From: Escherichia phage ZH4
Reading direction: 5' to 3' (one strand)
Length of the DNA stretch: 39,496 nucleotides
Sequence record: OM355495.1
The position numbers and the translations under genes were made by a program. Numbering within the stretch: position 1 is the stretch's first letter; every line of letters starts with the position of its first letter. The notes below the pieces were generated by a model, which saw only the letters and a list, made by a program, of their open reading frames with translations, made no database searches and was not told the DNA's origin. This document shows, in pieces, positions 18,319 to 28,119 of the stretch.

Positions 18319-19188
18319 TTACATGGATGGTGTCCACAGGATGACCTCCTTGGACTTAGGGTCATAGTCGGAGGCTCGACAAATACGAGCGACCTGAGCT
18401 TGGACCAGAAGTTCCTCCTCGGTCATCCCAGCTTTAGCAGCCAGAGTCACCATACAGTCCCAAAGCGTCATGTCTTCACGCTTAGGATACTTCTTCCACT
18501 CAGTCTTAATCTGGCCTTTGTTCTTACCAGTCTTAAGCTCACGGCTCTCCTGCACGAAGTAGTACGGCTCGTCAAGGAACGCACGAGTGGTGTCCTCACC
18601 CATCCCCGGAATACCGCCGTAGCCATCTGTAGTGTCACCCTTGATGGTCTGCTCCATGTGCCAGTAGTCTGCCTCGGCAGTCGTATGACTCAGGATTTCA
18701 CCAGTGGTTAACCAGAAGAACTCACAGTTCGGGATGGTCTTGAAGTCCTTATCGCAGGACACCAGCACCGCATGGTCACATCCAACAATCTGAGGTCTGG
18801 TCCCGATGATACCCATACAGTCATCACCCTCAAGCGTAGGATGCAGGAAGCTGTTGAACCGTGGGTCAGCCATCACTTCGGCTACGAACTTCTTGTAACC
18901 TACAGGCTTTCGAGAACCTTTACGGTTGGCCTTATAGGTAGGAAGAACGTCCTTACGCCAGTTGTTATCATCAGTAAAGCACATCACAATCTTAGCGTCT
19001 TTCCACGCCTTGCGCTTCTTAACGATTTCAGCGATGGTGTTCTCAAGGATACGACGAGCCTTCTCATGATCGCAGATAAGGGTCCAGATGTCATCGCCCC
19101 AATCTGTCTCGTCCTCGGCAGCAGCCATAGAAGAGTAGACCAGATAGTCACCATCCAGAACCAGAGCTATCTTCTTATTCGAAGTCAT
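18319..19188 (-). CDS. 5'-3' exonuclease (T7 gp6 homolog), about 289 aa from ATG at 19188
   Basis: Similarity to T7 gp6 (CDHEKARRILE, ANRK..RKPVGY, LEGDD.MG, CDKDFKTIPNC, TIKGDTTDGYGGI, KSGKNKGQ, TLWDC, AKAGMTEE). RBS AGGAGG precedes MTSNKK; the track ORF begins upstream at a non-ATG codon. Confidence 0.93.
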   Translation of the reverse strand: MTSNKKIALVLDGDYLVYSSMAAAEDETDWGDDIWTLICDHEKARRILENTIAEIVKKRKAWKDAKIVMCFTDDNNWRKDVLPTYKANRKGSRKPVGYKKFVAEVMADPRFNSFLHPTLEGDDCMGIIGTRPQIVGCDHAVLVSCDKDFKTIPNCEFFWLTTGEILSHTTAEADYWHMEQTIKGDTTDGYGGIPGMGEDTTRAFLDEPYYFVQESRELKTGKNKGQIKTEWKKYPKREDMTLWDCMVTLAAKAGMTEEELLVQAQVARICRASDYDPKSKEVILWTPSM

Positions 19189-19411
19189 CGTCGTCCTCCT
19201 TGTAATATCCGCCTTCAGACAGTGACTCAGAGAACCCAGACCAGTTGTCCACCCCACCAGACTTCAAGCACTTCCGCCAGAGTCGATCATCAGCGGCACT
19301 GTCTAACTTAGCTGCTAGAGCCTCGCGGAACTCTTCGGCCATTGAGTTCTCTTCACCATTAAGGTGTGACATAAGCTCGTCAAACTTCTTAAGTAAATCC
19401 AGTTCACTCAT
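19175..19411 (-). CDS. Hypothetical acidic protein (T7 gp5.9 position), 78 aa from ATG at 19411
   Basis: RBS GGAGG precedes MSELDLLKK...; acidic C-terminus (YYKEDDDDFE). No clear similarity to T7 gp5.9; positional only. Confidence 0.55.
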   Translation of the reverse strand: MSELDLLKKFDELMSHLNGEENSMAEEFREALAAKLDSAADDRLWRKCLKSGGVDNWSGFSESLSEGGYYKEDDDDFE

Positions 19412-19617
19412 AAACAGCCTCCGTGTTGGTTCAGGAACTTGGTGCCAGCAGCCGTAATCTCCCACGCACCGTTGTTACGCCCATCCATAGACAGGCAGCT
19501 TAGATGTCCACGACTCGCAGCCTCAGCCACAAGTGCAGCGTTGTTGCGCACATAGTTGGACTGGAAGGTCTTCGGGCAGGACTTAAGGGCCGCTAGGACC
19601 CGTAAGTATTCACTCAT
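19408..19617 (-). CDS. gp5.7 homolog, 69 aa
   Basis: MSEYLRVLAALKSCPKTFQSNYVRNNAALVAEAASRGH... is near-identical to what I recall of T7 gp5.7. Confidence 0.8.
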   Translation of the reverse strand: MSEYLRVLAALKSCPKTFQSNYVRNNAALVAEAASRGHLSCLSMDGRNNGAWEITAAGTKFLNQHGGCL

Positions 19618-19898
19618 TGCTTGAACCCCACGCTGATATTAGAGATGGTGGCACCGTCTTCCGGCAGCTCATCTTTCAGCTTGGACGCCAGCACAGACTT
19701 CATGTGCAGCTCAATGGCTGCTTCTACCCCTTGCTCTACAGCAGTCTCTACCAGCTTACGGGTCAGGCCATCCTGCTTCTCCCCAGCGATATAACCCTTT
19801 GTCATCTCAACCAACTCCTGAGAGTATTCCTCTACATCATCTGCCGTAAAGACAATCTTCAGGTCGAACTTACAGGTCAGGCGTTTAGTAATAGCCAT
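19614..19898 (-). CDS. gp5.5-like protein, 94 aa from ATG at 19898
   Basis: RBS GGAG precedes MAITKRLTCKFDLK...; follows DNA polymerase as T7 5.3/5.5 do; TAATG overlap with DNAP stop. Confidence 0.6.
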   Translation of the reverse strand: MAITKRLTCKFDLKIVFTADDVEEYSQELVEMTKGYIAGEKQDGLTRKLVETAVEQGVEAAIELHMKSVLASKLKDELPEDGATISNISVGFKQ

Positions 19899-22069
19899 TA
19901 ATGACACTCCTTCCACGTTGGTCCAATCTTACCTTCGGTATCAAGGACACATTTAAAGTTATAGAACTCACCCACCTTGCGCATAGCAAGTTGAGCAATC
20001 TTGACGACTTCTTCGGCAATCTCCTGAGTACGACACGCAATCTGCAGCTCATCGTGAACCCAAGCCATGTACGCAAAGTCTCCTTCCCAGCCGTGAACAT
20101 ACCCGGCATCTTCGAGCATACGTTCAGTCTCGACAATCCAGTGCTTACAGACTACCGCACCATCCCCTTGAAGTAAGGCGTTAAGTGCTGAGTGCGGGGA
20201 CCGGATGTGGATACGGCGACCATCAAGTCCACGCAACCAACGGCGTTTCCACTTAACGATATTCTCACCGTCCACCCACTTAGAGTCTGATATTAACGTA
20301 TTACTCACAGCTTCCCTGAGGTCCTTGATGGCTGGTGTACCCTCAATGAATTTCTTCATGAGAGCTGAACCTTCCTTCTTACCACCGCCGACTATCAGTC
20401 CAATCTTAGCGGCCCCTGCACCATACAGGAACGCATAGATGAACGTCTTAGCGTTGTTACGGAAAGCCTCATGGTCGTGGTTAGACTTATCGCGTGGGAC
20501 GTTAGGTGCTAACCCAGCGTTTACTGCGTTGGCCCAGTGGATGTCACCTTCTACCACAGTCTTCGCATAGGCCCCACCATCAAACGGAGCCGCTCGGTTC
20601 CCAAGACAACGAAGCTCAAGACCTGAGGCATCCACACCAACTTGAATCCAAGGGTCTGGCTTACCGTCCTTCTTGTTCCACGCTGCACCAAAAGCACCAC
20701 GGCAAGTCTCACCATATGGAGCACCATTAGCCGGGACCTGAGCCATGTTTGGTGAACTATGGGTCGCACGTCCGGTCACTGCACCGCATGGATTGATTGA
20801 ACCGTGCATACGTCCGTCTGGACCTACAAGTTTCAACCATGCGTTCTTACCTTCAGCCGCCTGACCGATGCGCTTCTGGACTACCAGATACTCACGGACC
20901 AACTCTACGCAAGCCTGAGCCTCTGCGTCTGGTAACTTAACGTGCTCTAACGTCTCGTCATCGACTACAGGTTTACCGGTGTCAGTGAAGTCCACAGGCT
21001 CCCAGCCACGCTCCATCAGAACTTTCGCTAAGTGGTCTCCGCTTCCCGGATTAAACTCGACGTAAGTGATAGGTGTGAACGGTGCTCCATCCATCGTGTC
21101 TCGTGAGTCGAACTCGCAAGGCTCCAGACCTAAGCGTTGAGCTTTGTTCTTCGGCTTCTTGAATACTGACCCGACCTTAGGGTACACGACTCGTGGATAC
21201 TTCGGAAGGTCCTTGCCTGTCCGTGGATGCCTGAAGAACTCCTTTCCTCCCTTCGGTGCATACCAGCTACCGAAAGTCGAACGCAGCTTATCCAGCAGCT
21301 CTGCACGTTTGACGGTGAGTTCACGATATAAGCCTTCGACCATCTCGGTGTTCATCGGATAGCCGTTACGCTCCATCTTCGCACAGGTCCACGCAGCATC
21401 ATGTTCCAGACGCAACGCATAAATCTGGTCGAAAGCGAACTGTTCAGACTGGAAGTAATACTTGTCAGTCAGGAACTTCTTGAACAATGCCAGTGTTACC
21501 ACAACGTCTTGAACGTTATAGTCCAGCATCTCCTGAGACGGGAACAGCCATTCGTCCCCAGCCTTATATTCGATACCTTCAGCCTTGCACTTGGCAATGT
21601 AATCGTGTTTGTACTCACCTTTCATCTCACCGAGACGATAGCCCCAAGCCTCAAGAGATTGTCGTCCCATCATCTGAGGTGGCAGACGACCAGCTTTCAC
21701 CGCGCCCATGTCTGAGAACTTAATGTTTGGATACATCAAGCGGCCCAGCACCAAGGTATCAATCATCTTGTGTTTCGGGAAGTTAAAACGTTTCCCAAAG
21801 TACAGACGCTTCAGCTTGTCTATAGCCGGGACGTCATAGTTGATACCGTTGTGGAATACCAGCATACCATCAGGTGATGCGGCAATCTCTTCCACCTTCT
21901 GCACATACTCTTTGAAGCCACCGACGATACCGACCATCGGAGCTACCCCATACTTAAGGGTCTCATTCGACTCGGCGTTAATCAGGACCCCACAGTGAAA
22001 CTGGGATACTGTATCAAGGAGACCGTTGGTCTCGATGTCAGAACCCCAGATACTCTTAAGGTCAAACAT
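19898..22069 (-). CDS. DNA polymerase (T7 gp5 homolog), about 723 aa from ATG at 22069
   Basis: Strong similarity to T7 DNAP (DIETNGLLD..FHCGV, EAWGYRLGEMKGEYK, YNVQDVVVT, FGSWY.PKGG, NPCGAVTGRATH, GVDASGLELRC, NAKTFIYAFLYGAG, YMAWVHDE). RBS GGAGG is 7 nt before MFDLK; the track start at 22105 is probably too far upstream. Confidence 0.97.
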   Translation of the reverse strand: MFDLKSIWGSDIETNGLLDTVSQFHCGVLINAESNETLKYGVAPMVGIVGGFKEYVQKVEEIAASPDGMLVFHNGINYDVPAIDKLKRLYFGKRFNFPKHKMIDTLVLGRLMYPNIKFSDMGAVKAGRLPPQMMGRQSLEAWGYRLGEMKGEYKHDYIAKCKAEGIEYKAGDEWLFPSQEMLDYNVQDVVVTLALFKKFLTDKYYFQSEQFAFDQIYALRLEHDAAWTCAKMERNGYPMNTEMVEGLYRELTVKRAELLDKLRSTFGSWYAPKGGKEFFRHPRTGKDLPKYPRVVYPKVGSVFKKPKNKAQRLGLEPCEFDSRDTMDGAPFTPITYVEFNPGSGDHLAKVLMERGWEPVDFTDTGKPVVDDETLEHVKLPDAEAQACVELVREYLVVQKRIGQAAEGKNAWLKLVGPDGRMHGSINPCGAVTGRATHSSPNMAQVPANGAPYGETCRGAFGAAWNKKDGKPDPWIQVGVDASGLELRCLGNRAAPFDGGAYAKTVVEGDIHWANAVNAGLAPNVPRDKSNHDHEAFRNNAKTFIYAFLYGAGAAKIGLIVGGGKKEGSALMKKFIEGTPAIKDLREAVSNTLISDSKWVDGENIVKWKRRWLRGLDGRRIHIRSPHSALNALLQGDGAVVCKHWIVETERMLEDAGYVHGWEGDFAYMAWVHDELQIACRTQEIAEEVVKIAQLAMRKVGEFYNFKCVLDTEGKIGPTWKECH

Positions 22070-22089
22070 GGTTAATCCTCCGTTTAGTC

Positions 22090-22130
22090 TAATCATAAAG
22101 GCCACTCGATGTGAATGACCTTGAGTCTAG
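22090..22130 (-). repeat. Conserved 43-bp element copy 1 (plus sense TAATCATAAAGGCCAC...ATGACCTTGAGTCTA); putative RNase III processing hairpin upstream of gene 5
   Basis: One of three near-identical copies (also 29734..29776, 38021..38064). In RNA sense AAGGUCAU can pair with GUGGCCUU around a loop. Intergenic. Confidence 0.5.
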
Positions 22131-22132
22131 AC

Positions 22133-22333
22133 CTAGAAGTCTGTACGCAAGAAGTGATACATAAACTTCCGGTTAGCTTTCTTCCATGCCTTAGAGTCGA
22201 ACCTCTGGTCTCCCAGAATGTTGGACAGGCAGGTTGCTTCATCGCTCCACAATTTGTACATGAACCGATGGTAGCGAGCTTTAAGTTTCTTAAACACTAA
22301 TGGTGTCCTCCGTACGGTGACTTCCAGTCGCAC
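22133..22333 (-). CDS. Hypothetical protein, 66 aa (between primase/helicase and DNA polymerase)
   Basis: Track ORF filling the gene 4-5 intergenic gap (T7 has genes 4.3-4.7 here); basic protein; start codon uncertain. Confidence 0.45.
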   Translation of the reverse strand: MRLEVTVRRTPLVFKKLKARYHRFMYKLWSDEATCLSNILGDQRFDSKAWKKANRKFMYHFLRTDF

Positions 22334-22348
22334 TCAGGGCATTGACAT

Positions 22349-24052
<1,704 letters not shown>

Positions 24053-24099
24053 TCACTCCTTAATCACAAATGCGAACAAAGGGACAGGACTAATTGTCC

Positions 24100-24122
24100 A
24101 ATCCCTAAGGTGATAGTTTAGG
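24100..24122 (-). promoter_or_regulatory. Variant phage RNAP promoter upstream of gene 4 (minus sense CTAAACTATCACCTTAGGGAT)
   Basis: Matches the consensus except -3/-2 (CT instead of TA); located between the 71-aa ORF stop and the gene 4 start. Probably weaker. Confidence 0.55.
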
Positions 24123-24333
24123 CTTTGAAGAACTGAGCCAACTGTTCAGCTTTGGTGTCAGCTTGACGTGCTTTCATGCCAGCTTCCAGTGACGCGATGG
24201 TCAGCTTGTCAGCCAGAGCAGCAGCATCAGCCGCACCATCAGCAGTCTTCTTTTCTACCTTTCGCTCCAGTACCGCAGCACGACGATAACCACGAACCAC
24301 CAGACGACCAAGAAATTCGATAAGTTTAATCAT
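24118..24333 (-). CDS. Hypothetical protein, 71 aa (between genes 3.5 and 4)
   Basis: Track ORF; alanine/lysine-rich predicted helical protein; no confident homolog recognised. Confidence 0.5.
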   Translation of the reverse strand: MIKLIEFLGRLVVRGYRRAAVLERKVEKKTADGAADAAALADKLTIASLEAGMKARQADTKAEQLAQFFKA

Positions 24334-24357
24334 TGAGTTATTCTCCTTTGTAGTTTA

Positions 24358-24816
24358 TTAACCACGGTCGGAAGTGATCAGTTCATTGGTAGACAGCCAG
24401 CGTTGCAAGTCGAAACTTGGACACGCCTTTGGCGCTACGTCATGGTGCGCTTTGATTTCTGCCTGAGGGTACAGGACCTTCAGATCAGCCAGCTTGTTGC
24501 GCAGGGAGTTCATCTGGGCTGGAGTGAAGTTAGCTTCAAACTGACCCTTAGCGTTGATTCCACCTACAAGGCAGACGCCTACGGACCGGGAGTTCCAGTC
24601 CTTAACGTGTGACCCTACGACATTGACCGGGCGACCTTCTTCCACAGTGCCATCACGCTTGATGATAAAGTGGTAGCCAATTGCCAGCCAGCCCTGCTGC
24701 TTATGCCACATCTCAATGGTCTCACGACCAATGTCCATAGTCGGCGGGGTCGCTGAACAGTGGACGAAGATTGCGTCTGTTGACTTGCGTGGCATGAATT
24801 GTACTTTACTTCCCAT
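24358..24816 (-). CDS. N-acetylmuramoyl-L-alanine amidase / T7 lysozyme (gp3.5 homolog), about 152 aa from ATG at 24816
   Basis: STDAIFVHCSAT, WHKQQGWL.IGYHFIIKRDGTVEEGR, VGSH.K, GVCLVGGI, FTPAQM.SLR, HH.VAPKACPSFDL.RW all conserved with T7 gp3.5; RBS GGTGG before MGSKVQF. Confidence 0.95.
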   Translation of the reverse strand: MGSKVQFMPRKSTDAIFVHCSATPPTMDIGRETIEMWHKQQGWLAIGYHFIIKRDGTVEEGRPVNVVGSHVKDWNSRSVGVCLVGGINAKGQFEANFTPAQMNSLRNKLADLKVLYPQAEIKAHHDVAPKACPSFDLQRWLSTNELITSDRG

Positions 24817-24818
24817 TA

Positions 24819-25191
24819 TTATTTCCACCTCTTGTGGTTCCTGATTCGACTTATGGTTGTCTCACTTACTGAGTATTTTTCAGCCATAAACTTAAGGGTC
24901 TCGCTTGAGGTGCGAATATCCTTAACGTCATCTTCAGTTAGTTTTGAATTAAATGTCCTGCGTACTGAGCAGTCCATCATGTTTTCTGCCTGAGTCCCCC
25001 AACTCAAGGTGCTCAATGTTTACGCATGCACGGTTATCACACTTGTGTCTTACGACAAGACCTCCCGGTATAGCACCATTGGTCTCTATCCAAGCGGCTC
25101 TATGAGCACCCATAGATTGGCCACGGAATTTACGTCTACCATAGCCATCCTTATTGCGACTCTTAGCCCACTCGATGCAGTCACTTTCCAT
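24819..25191 (-). pseudogene. HNH homing endonuclease disrupted by +1 frameshift in a C5 (minus G5) homopolymer at 24996..25000
   Basis: Track ORF 24949..25200 carries the HNH motif (VVRHKCDNRACVNIEHLELG) and track ORF 24819..25016 carries the C-terminal segment (KLTEDDVKDIR...TISRIRNHKRWK). Removing one G from GGGGG restores ...HLELGTQAENMMD..., collinear with the intact paralog at 5980..6429. Confidence 0.75.
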
Positions 25192-25621
25192 TATAAACAA
25201 CGAGCTCTACTACGACCAGATTCAGATGTGACTGGAAGCGCTGTGCGTCAGTCGTGTGCATCTGGAGCAACTTATGGTTGAAGACGTGTGAGTTGCTGAT
25301 CTTCACGTAAACTTCTTCAGGCTTTCCGTGGACGATGAACGTCTGGCCTACACCAATCTTGTCGATGGTCAGGACTTCACGTTTAACGGTGACAGGAGGG
25401 ACGCTTGAGGCTGGCAGGACTTGTGGTTGACCGTCCTCTTTGATGGTATACAGCTGCTTCTGAAGGCTATTATTAACCCCTTCAAAGTAGGATAGCCCAA
25501 GGGTACACGTTTCACCATTTCCCCAGCGACCTGTGGTTCCATTAGTCTCAAACACTAGAGGGTCACTGACCGTTCCTGTAACTGTTACAGGGAACTTGTA
25601 ACCTTTTGCTTTCTGAGTCAT
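25181..25621 (-). CDS. Hypothetical protein, 146 aa (orphan ORF between endonuclease I and the HNH/lysozyme genes)
   Basis: Track ORF with RBS GGAG and ATGA overlap with the gene 3 stop; Thr/Val/Gly-rich; no T7 counterpart recognised. Confidence 0.6.
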   Translation of the reverse strand: MTQKAKGYKFPVTVTGTVSDPLVFETNGTTGRWGNGETCTLGLSYFEGVNNSLQKQLYTIKEDGQPQVLPASSVPPVTVKREVLTIDKIGVGQTFIVHGKPEEVYVKISNSHVFNHKLLQMHTTDAQRFQSHLNLVVVELVVYNGK

Positions 25622-26073
25622 TTATTAGCTCCTTTCTTCTTGGGGATGAGGATGCCGGAAGGAAGACGTACAGTCGCCTCTCGTAGCCACTCAACCGGGA
25701 TGAACTTATCGGCATACTTATAGCCATTCTTTTCGCACCATGCGCCATACGTGGTCGGAGACCCTTTGTATAACTTGGAGCGGGAACTTGAGAACACGAA
25801 CCGGATGTCTAACTCTGGATACTGTTCTCGTACCAGAAGGTGCTTCTTACGGTCATCACTATCGAAGATACCCTTGGTCTCCACGATGATACCGTTAGGA
25901 AGGATAAAGTCTGGTGTGTACTTGTGGTCGGAAGCCGGAATCACATAGTTGATATAATGGCTTTCGTACTCCGCTTTGACGCCGTTCTGTTCCAGCCACT
26001 GCTGGTTCTTGGCTTCAAGTCCAGAGCGGTAGGCACCCACAGAGTGCCCCCGTTTTGCAGACCATTGGGCCAT
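25618..26073 (-). CDS. Endonuclease I, Holliday-junction resolvase (T7 gp3 homolog), 151 aa
   Basis: AYRSGLE, YVIPASDHKYTPDFILPNGIIVETKG, SDDRKKHLLVREQYPELDIRFVFSSSRSKLYKGSPTTYG.WCEK closely match T7 gp3. Confidence 0.95.
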   Translation of the reverse strand: MAQWSAKRGHSVGAYRSGLEAKNQQWLEQNGVKAEYESHYINYVIPASDHKYTPDFILPNGIIVETKGIFDSDDRKKHLLVREQYPELDIRFVFSSSRSKLYKGSPTTYGAWCEKNGYKYADKFIPVEWLREATVRLPSGILIPKKKGANK

Positions 26074-26771
26074 TAGAAGTCGTAATCGCCACCAGAGTTG
26101 GAGTCATCACCACCTTCGGAACCATCGTCACCGAAGTCATCGTCACCGAAGTCACCATCGGTTGACGCTTTGTAGCCAGTACCGAGGTCTTCATCATCGC
26201 CCCAGCCACCATCGCCACCAGCACCATCACCTTTCCACTCCTTCAGTTCTACCAGAAGGCAGGACTCAAGCTGGAGCTTAACGCTTGCACCAGTCGCAGC
26301 GTTCCACTTGAACGGCAGGACTTTAAACTTGACCTTCAGTTTTGAGCCAGCACCAATATTCGGGACGTCACGGATGAGTTTAGCATCGGTGTCGTAGAAC
26401 CGTAATACGATAGGCTCTGACTTACCATCCTTCAGGTAAGACGCGAAGCATTTAAACTTCAGGGTAACAGTACCATCACCATTCTCAATCCACGGCATGT
26501 CGCCCTCTCGTGGTTCAATAGGCTTCTTGCCACGCTGAACCTGAGGCGGGTTCTTCTCGTGGTCTGCTAGTGCTTTCGCATACGCATCGTCGTGAATCTT
26601 CTGTAAGACATCAATCATCTTACGGACCTTCGGGTTGCTCAGGTCGAATGTCAGGTTAACCTTATGCTCACCACGCTCGTTGAACTTGGTGTCTGCTTTG
26701 TTCAGCCATGCGTAAGGCTCAACGATACCAGCTACCGGAGTGGTGAAAGTCTTCAGTTGCTCTTTAGCCAT
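26073..26771 (-). CDS. Single-stranded DNA-binding protein (T7 gp2.5 homolog), 232 aa
   Basis: EPYAW, NPPQVQRGKKP, EGDMP...NGDGT.T.KFKC.AS, GAGSKLKVKFKV.PFKWNAATGASVKLQLES, acidic C-tail ending DYDF; RBS AGGAG. Confidence 0.95.
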   Translation of the reverse strand: MAKEQLKTFTTPVAGIVEPYAWLNKADTKFNERGEHKVNLTFDLSNPKVRKMIDVLQKIHDDAYAKALADHEKNPPQVQRGKKPIEPREGDMPWIENGDGTVTLKFKCFASYLKDGKSEPIVLRFYDTDAKLIRDVPNIGAGSKLKVKFKVLPFKWNAATGASVKLQLESCLLVELKEWKGDGAGGDGGWGDDEDLGTGYKASTDGDFGDDDFGDDGSEGGDDSNSGGDYDF

Positions 26772-26811
26772 TGGTGTAAATCTCCTAATTTAAAAGTTAC
26801 GAACTGGACGT

Positions 26812-26834
26812 CTGTCCTACAGTGATAGTTTAGG
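26812..26834 (-). promoter_or_regulatory. Variant phage RNAP promoter (phi2.5-like), minus sense CTAAACTATCACTGTAGGACA
   Basis: Consensus with one change at -2 (G for A); overlaps the gp2 stop, upstream of SSB. Confidence 0.65.
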
Positions 26835-26988
26835 TCTCAGGACGGATACGTCCGACCACAAACCCAGCGTCCTCATACTCTTGGGACTTCAGGGTAGCCT
26901 CTTCAAGAGACTTTGCGTACACCGGAACCTCGAAGGACTGAACGCGACCCTCAAGCTCAACGATGTATTTCTTCTCAACCTCAGTCAT
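26830..26988 (-). CDS. Host RNA polymerase inhibitor (T7 gp2 homolog), 52 aa
   Basis: Own translation [52 protein letters not shown]; [14 protein letters not shown] matches T7 gp2 SFEVPIYAETLDEA; RBS GGAG. Below the track 60-aa cutoff. Confidence 0.75.
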   Translation of the reverse strand: MTEVEKKYIVELEGRVQSFEVPVYAKSLEEATLKSQEYEDAGFVVGRIRPET

Positions 26989-27075
26989 AAACCGCGCTCC
27001 TTCCATAAGTTGTAGAGCTGAAGGTAATCTACGTTACCTGTCTCTTCAAATTTACGCTCGCACCATTCACTCGGT

Positions 27076-27249
27076 TTAAGCATCGTCATATTCAATCACC
27101 TCGTTACGTGAAAGATATACTTCTTCGTCATGCTTGTTCATGATCTTATAGAACTTACCGTCCCTTGTTCGCTCTGCAAAGAATATGTCATGGCGTTTAA
27201 CTAGTGCCATCATATCATCTTCACCCACATACTCGACCTTAATAATCAT
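27076..27249 (-). CDS. gp1.8-like small protein, 57 aa from ATG at 27249
   Basis: RBS AAGGA precedes MIIKVEYVGEDD...; directly follows gene 1.7 as in T7. Positional. Confidence 0.5.
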   Translation of the reverse strand: MIIKVEYVGEDDMMALVKRHDIFFAERTRDGKFYKIMNKHDEEVYLSRNEVIEYDDA

Positions 27250-27781
27250 AGCACTTGTCCTTATGTTTCTCATACAGTTCACCGTAGAACCCAGCTTTCG
27301 CCAGGTCCTTCTCCATAGTTGCCAGCTCTGACTTCTTACCCGCTCGTAGTCGATACTTCAGGACGTTACCCATGCAGAAACCACGGAACTCGCTGACAGT
27401 CATGGACCGGGCGATAATCTCAATGGATTCCACACCGTCAAAGACCTGATAATGGGACGGCTTGCGGACAGCGTCGATTGACTCAGTGGAAGGTTGGTCA
27501 TCTGTAGGAGTTACCTCCAGTTTATTCAAGTGAGGTTTACGAGGGTCCATCGCTCGGATTTCACCTAATGTAATGTGAGAATCGTATGTCATAGGGCACT
27601 CAGCGCAAGTCACTCCAGCGCAGTACAGACCGCAGCCATCCAAATAATCTGGGCGACCTGCGTTATTGTCTATCAACTTGATGATAATCTCTTGTTTACG
27701 TTCGGTCATATTATTAACTCCTTTGTTACAGGTGTGTGGGTAACGGCCGTCTTTCTCTAAGCAAGCTATGCAACCAGACAT
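27239..27781 (-). CDS. Nucleotide kinase (T7 gp1.7 homolog), 180 aa
   Basis: GCIACLEKDGRYPHTCNKG, MTERKQEIIIKLIDNN.GRPD, ITLGEIRAMDPRKPHLNK.EVTPTDDQPS, RSMTV..F.G.C.GN.LKYRLRAGKKSELA..EKDLAKA.FY.EL.EKHKDKCY nearly identical to T7 gp1.7; RBS AGGAGG. Confidence 0.95.
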   Translation of the reverse strand: MSGCIACLEKDGRYPHTCNKGVNNMTERKQEIIIKLIDNNAGRPDYLDGCGLYCAGVTCAECPMTYDSHITLGEIRAMDPRKPHLNKLEVTPTDDQPSTESIDAVRKPSHYQVFDGVESIEIIARSMTVSEFRGFCMGNVLKYRLRAGKKSELATMEKDLAKAGFYGELYEKHKDKCYDY

Positions 27782-28035
27782 CAGAACACCTCCTTCACGA
27801 ACTCAACGAACAGACGAACGCGAGGCCACTTAGTGTAGACCACAGGTACGTTGGTCTCACGCTTCTGGCGAGCCTCTTCAGCTTTGCTCGTAGTAATCAG
27901 AGCGTAGACTGTAGGTGACAGCTTAACGGCCTTCCCGAAGTAGCCCAGCTTCTCGTTGCGCTTAATGCAAGCGAACGGGTTGTTAGACAGGTGGAAGGTA
28001 TTGGAATAACGGTTGAACATTAAGTTCTTAAACAT
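27781..28035 (-). CDS. gp1.6-position hypothetical protein, 84 aa
   Basis: Track ORF with strong RBS AGGAGG, just downstream of a phage promoter; positional equivalent of T7 gene 1.6. Confidence 0.55.
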   Translation of the reverse strand: MFKNLMFNRYSNTFHLSNNPFACIKRNEKLGYFGKAVKLSPTVYALITTSKAEEARQKRETNVPVVYTKWPRVRLFVEFVKEVF

Positions 28036-28062
28036 GTCGGCCTCCTTAGGTCGAAGTTATGG

Positions 28063-28085
28063 TTGTCCTATAGTGATAGCTTAGG
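28063..28085 (-). promoter_or_regulatory. Phage RNAP promoter (phi1.5/1.6-like), minus sense CTAAGCTATCACTATAGGACA, +1 near 28068
   Basis: Consensus with a single change in the upstream part; located after the TE-like terminator, before gene 1.6. Confidence 0.75.
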
Positions 28086-28119
28086 GTCATGCTGGTCCCC
28101 AAACGATAGCTTGCTAGCA

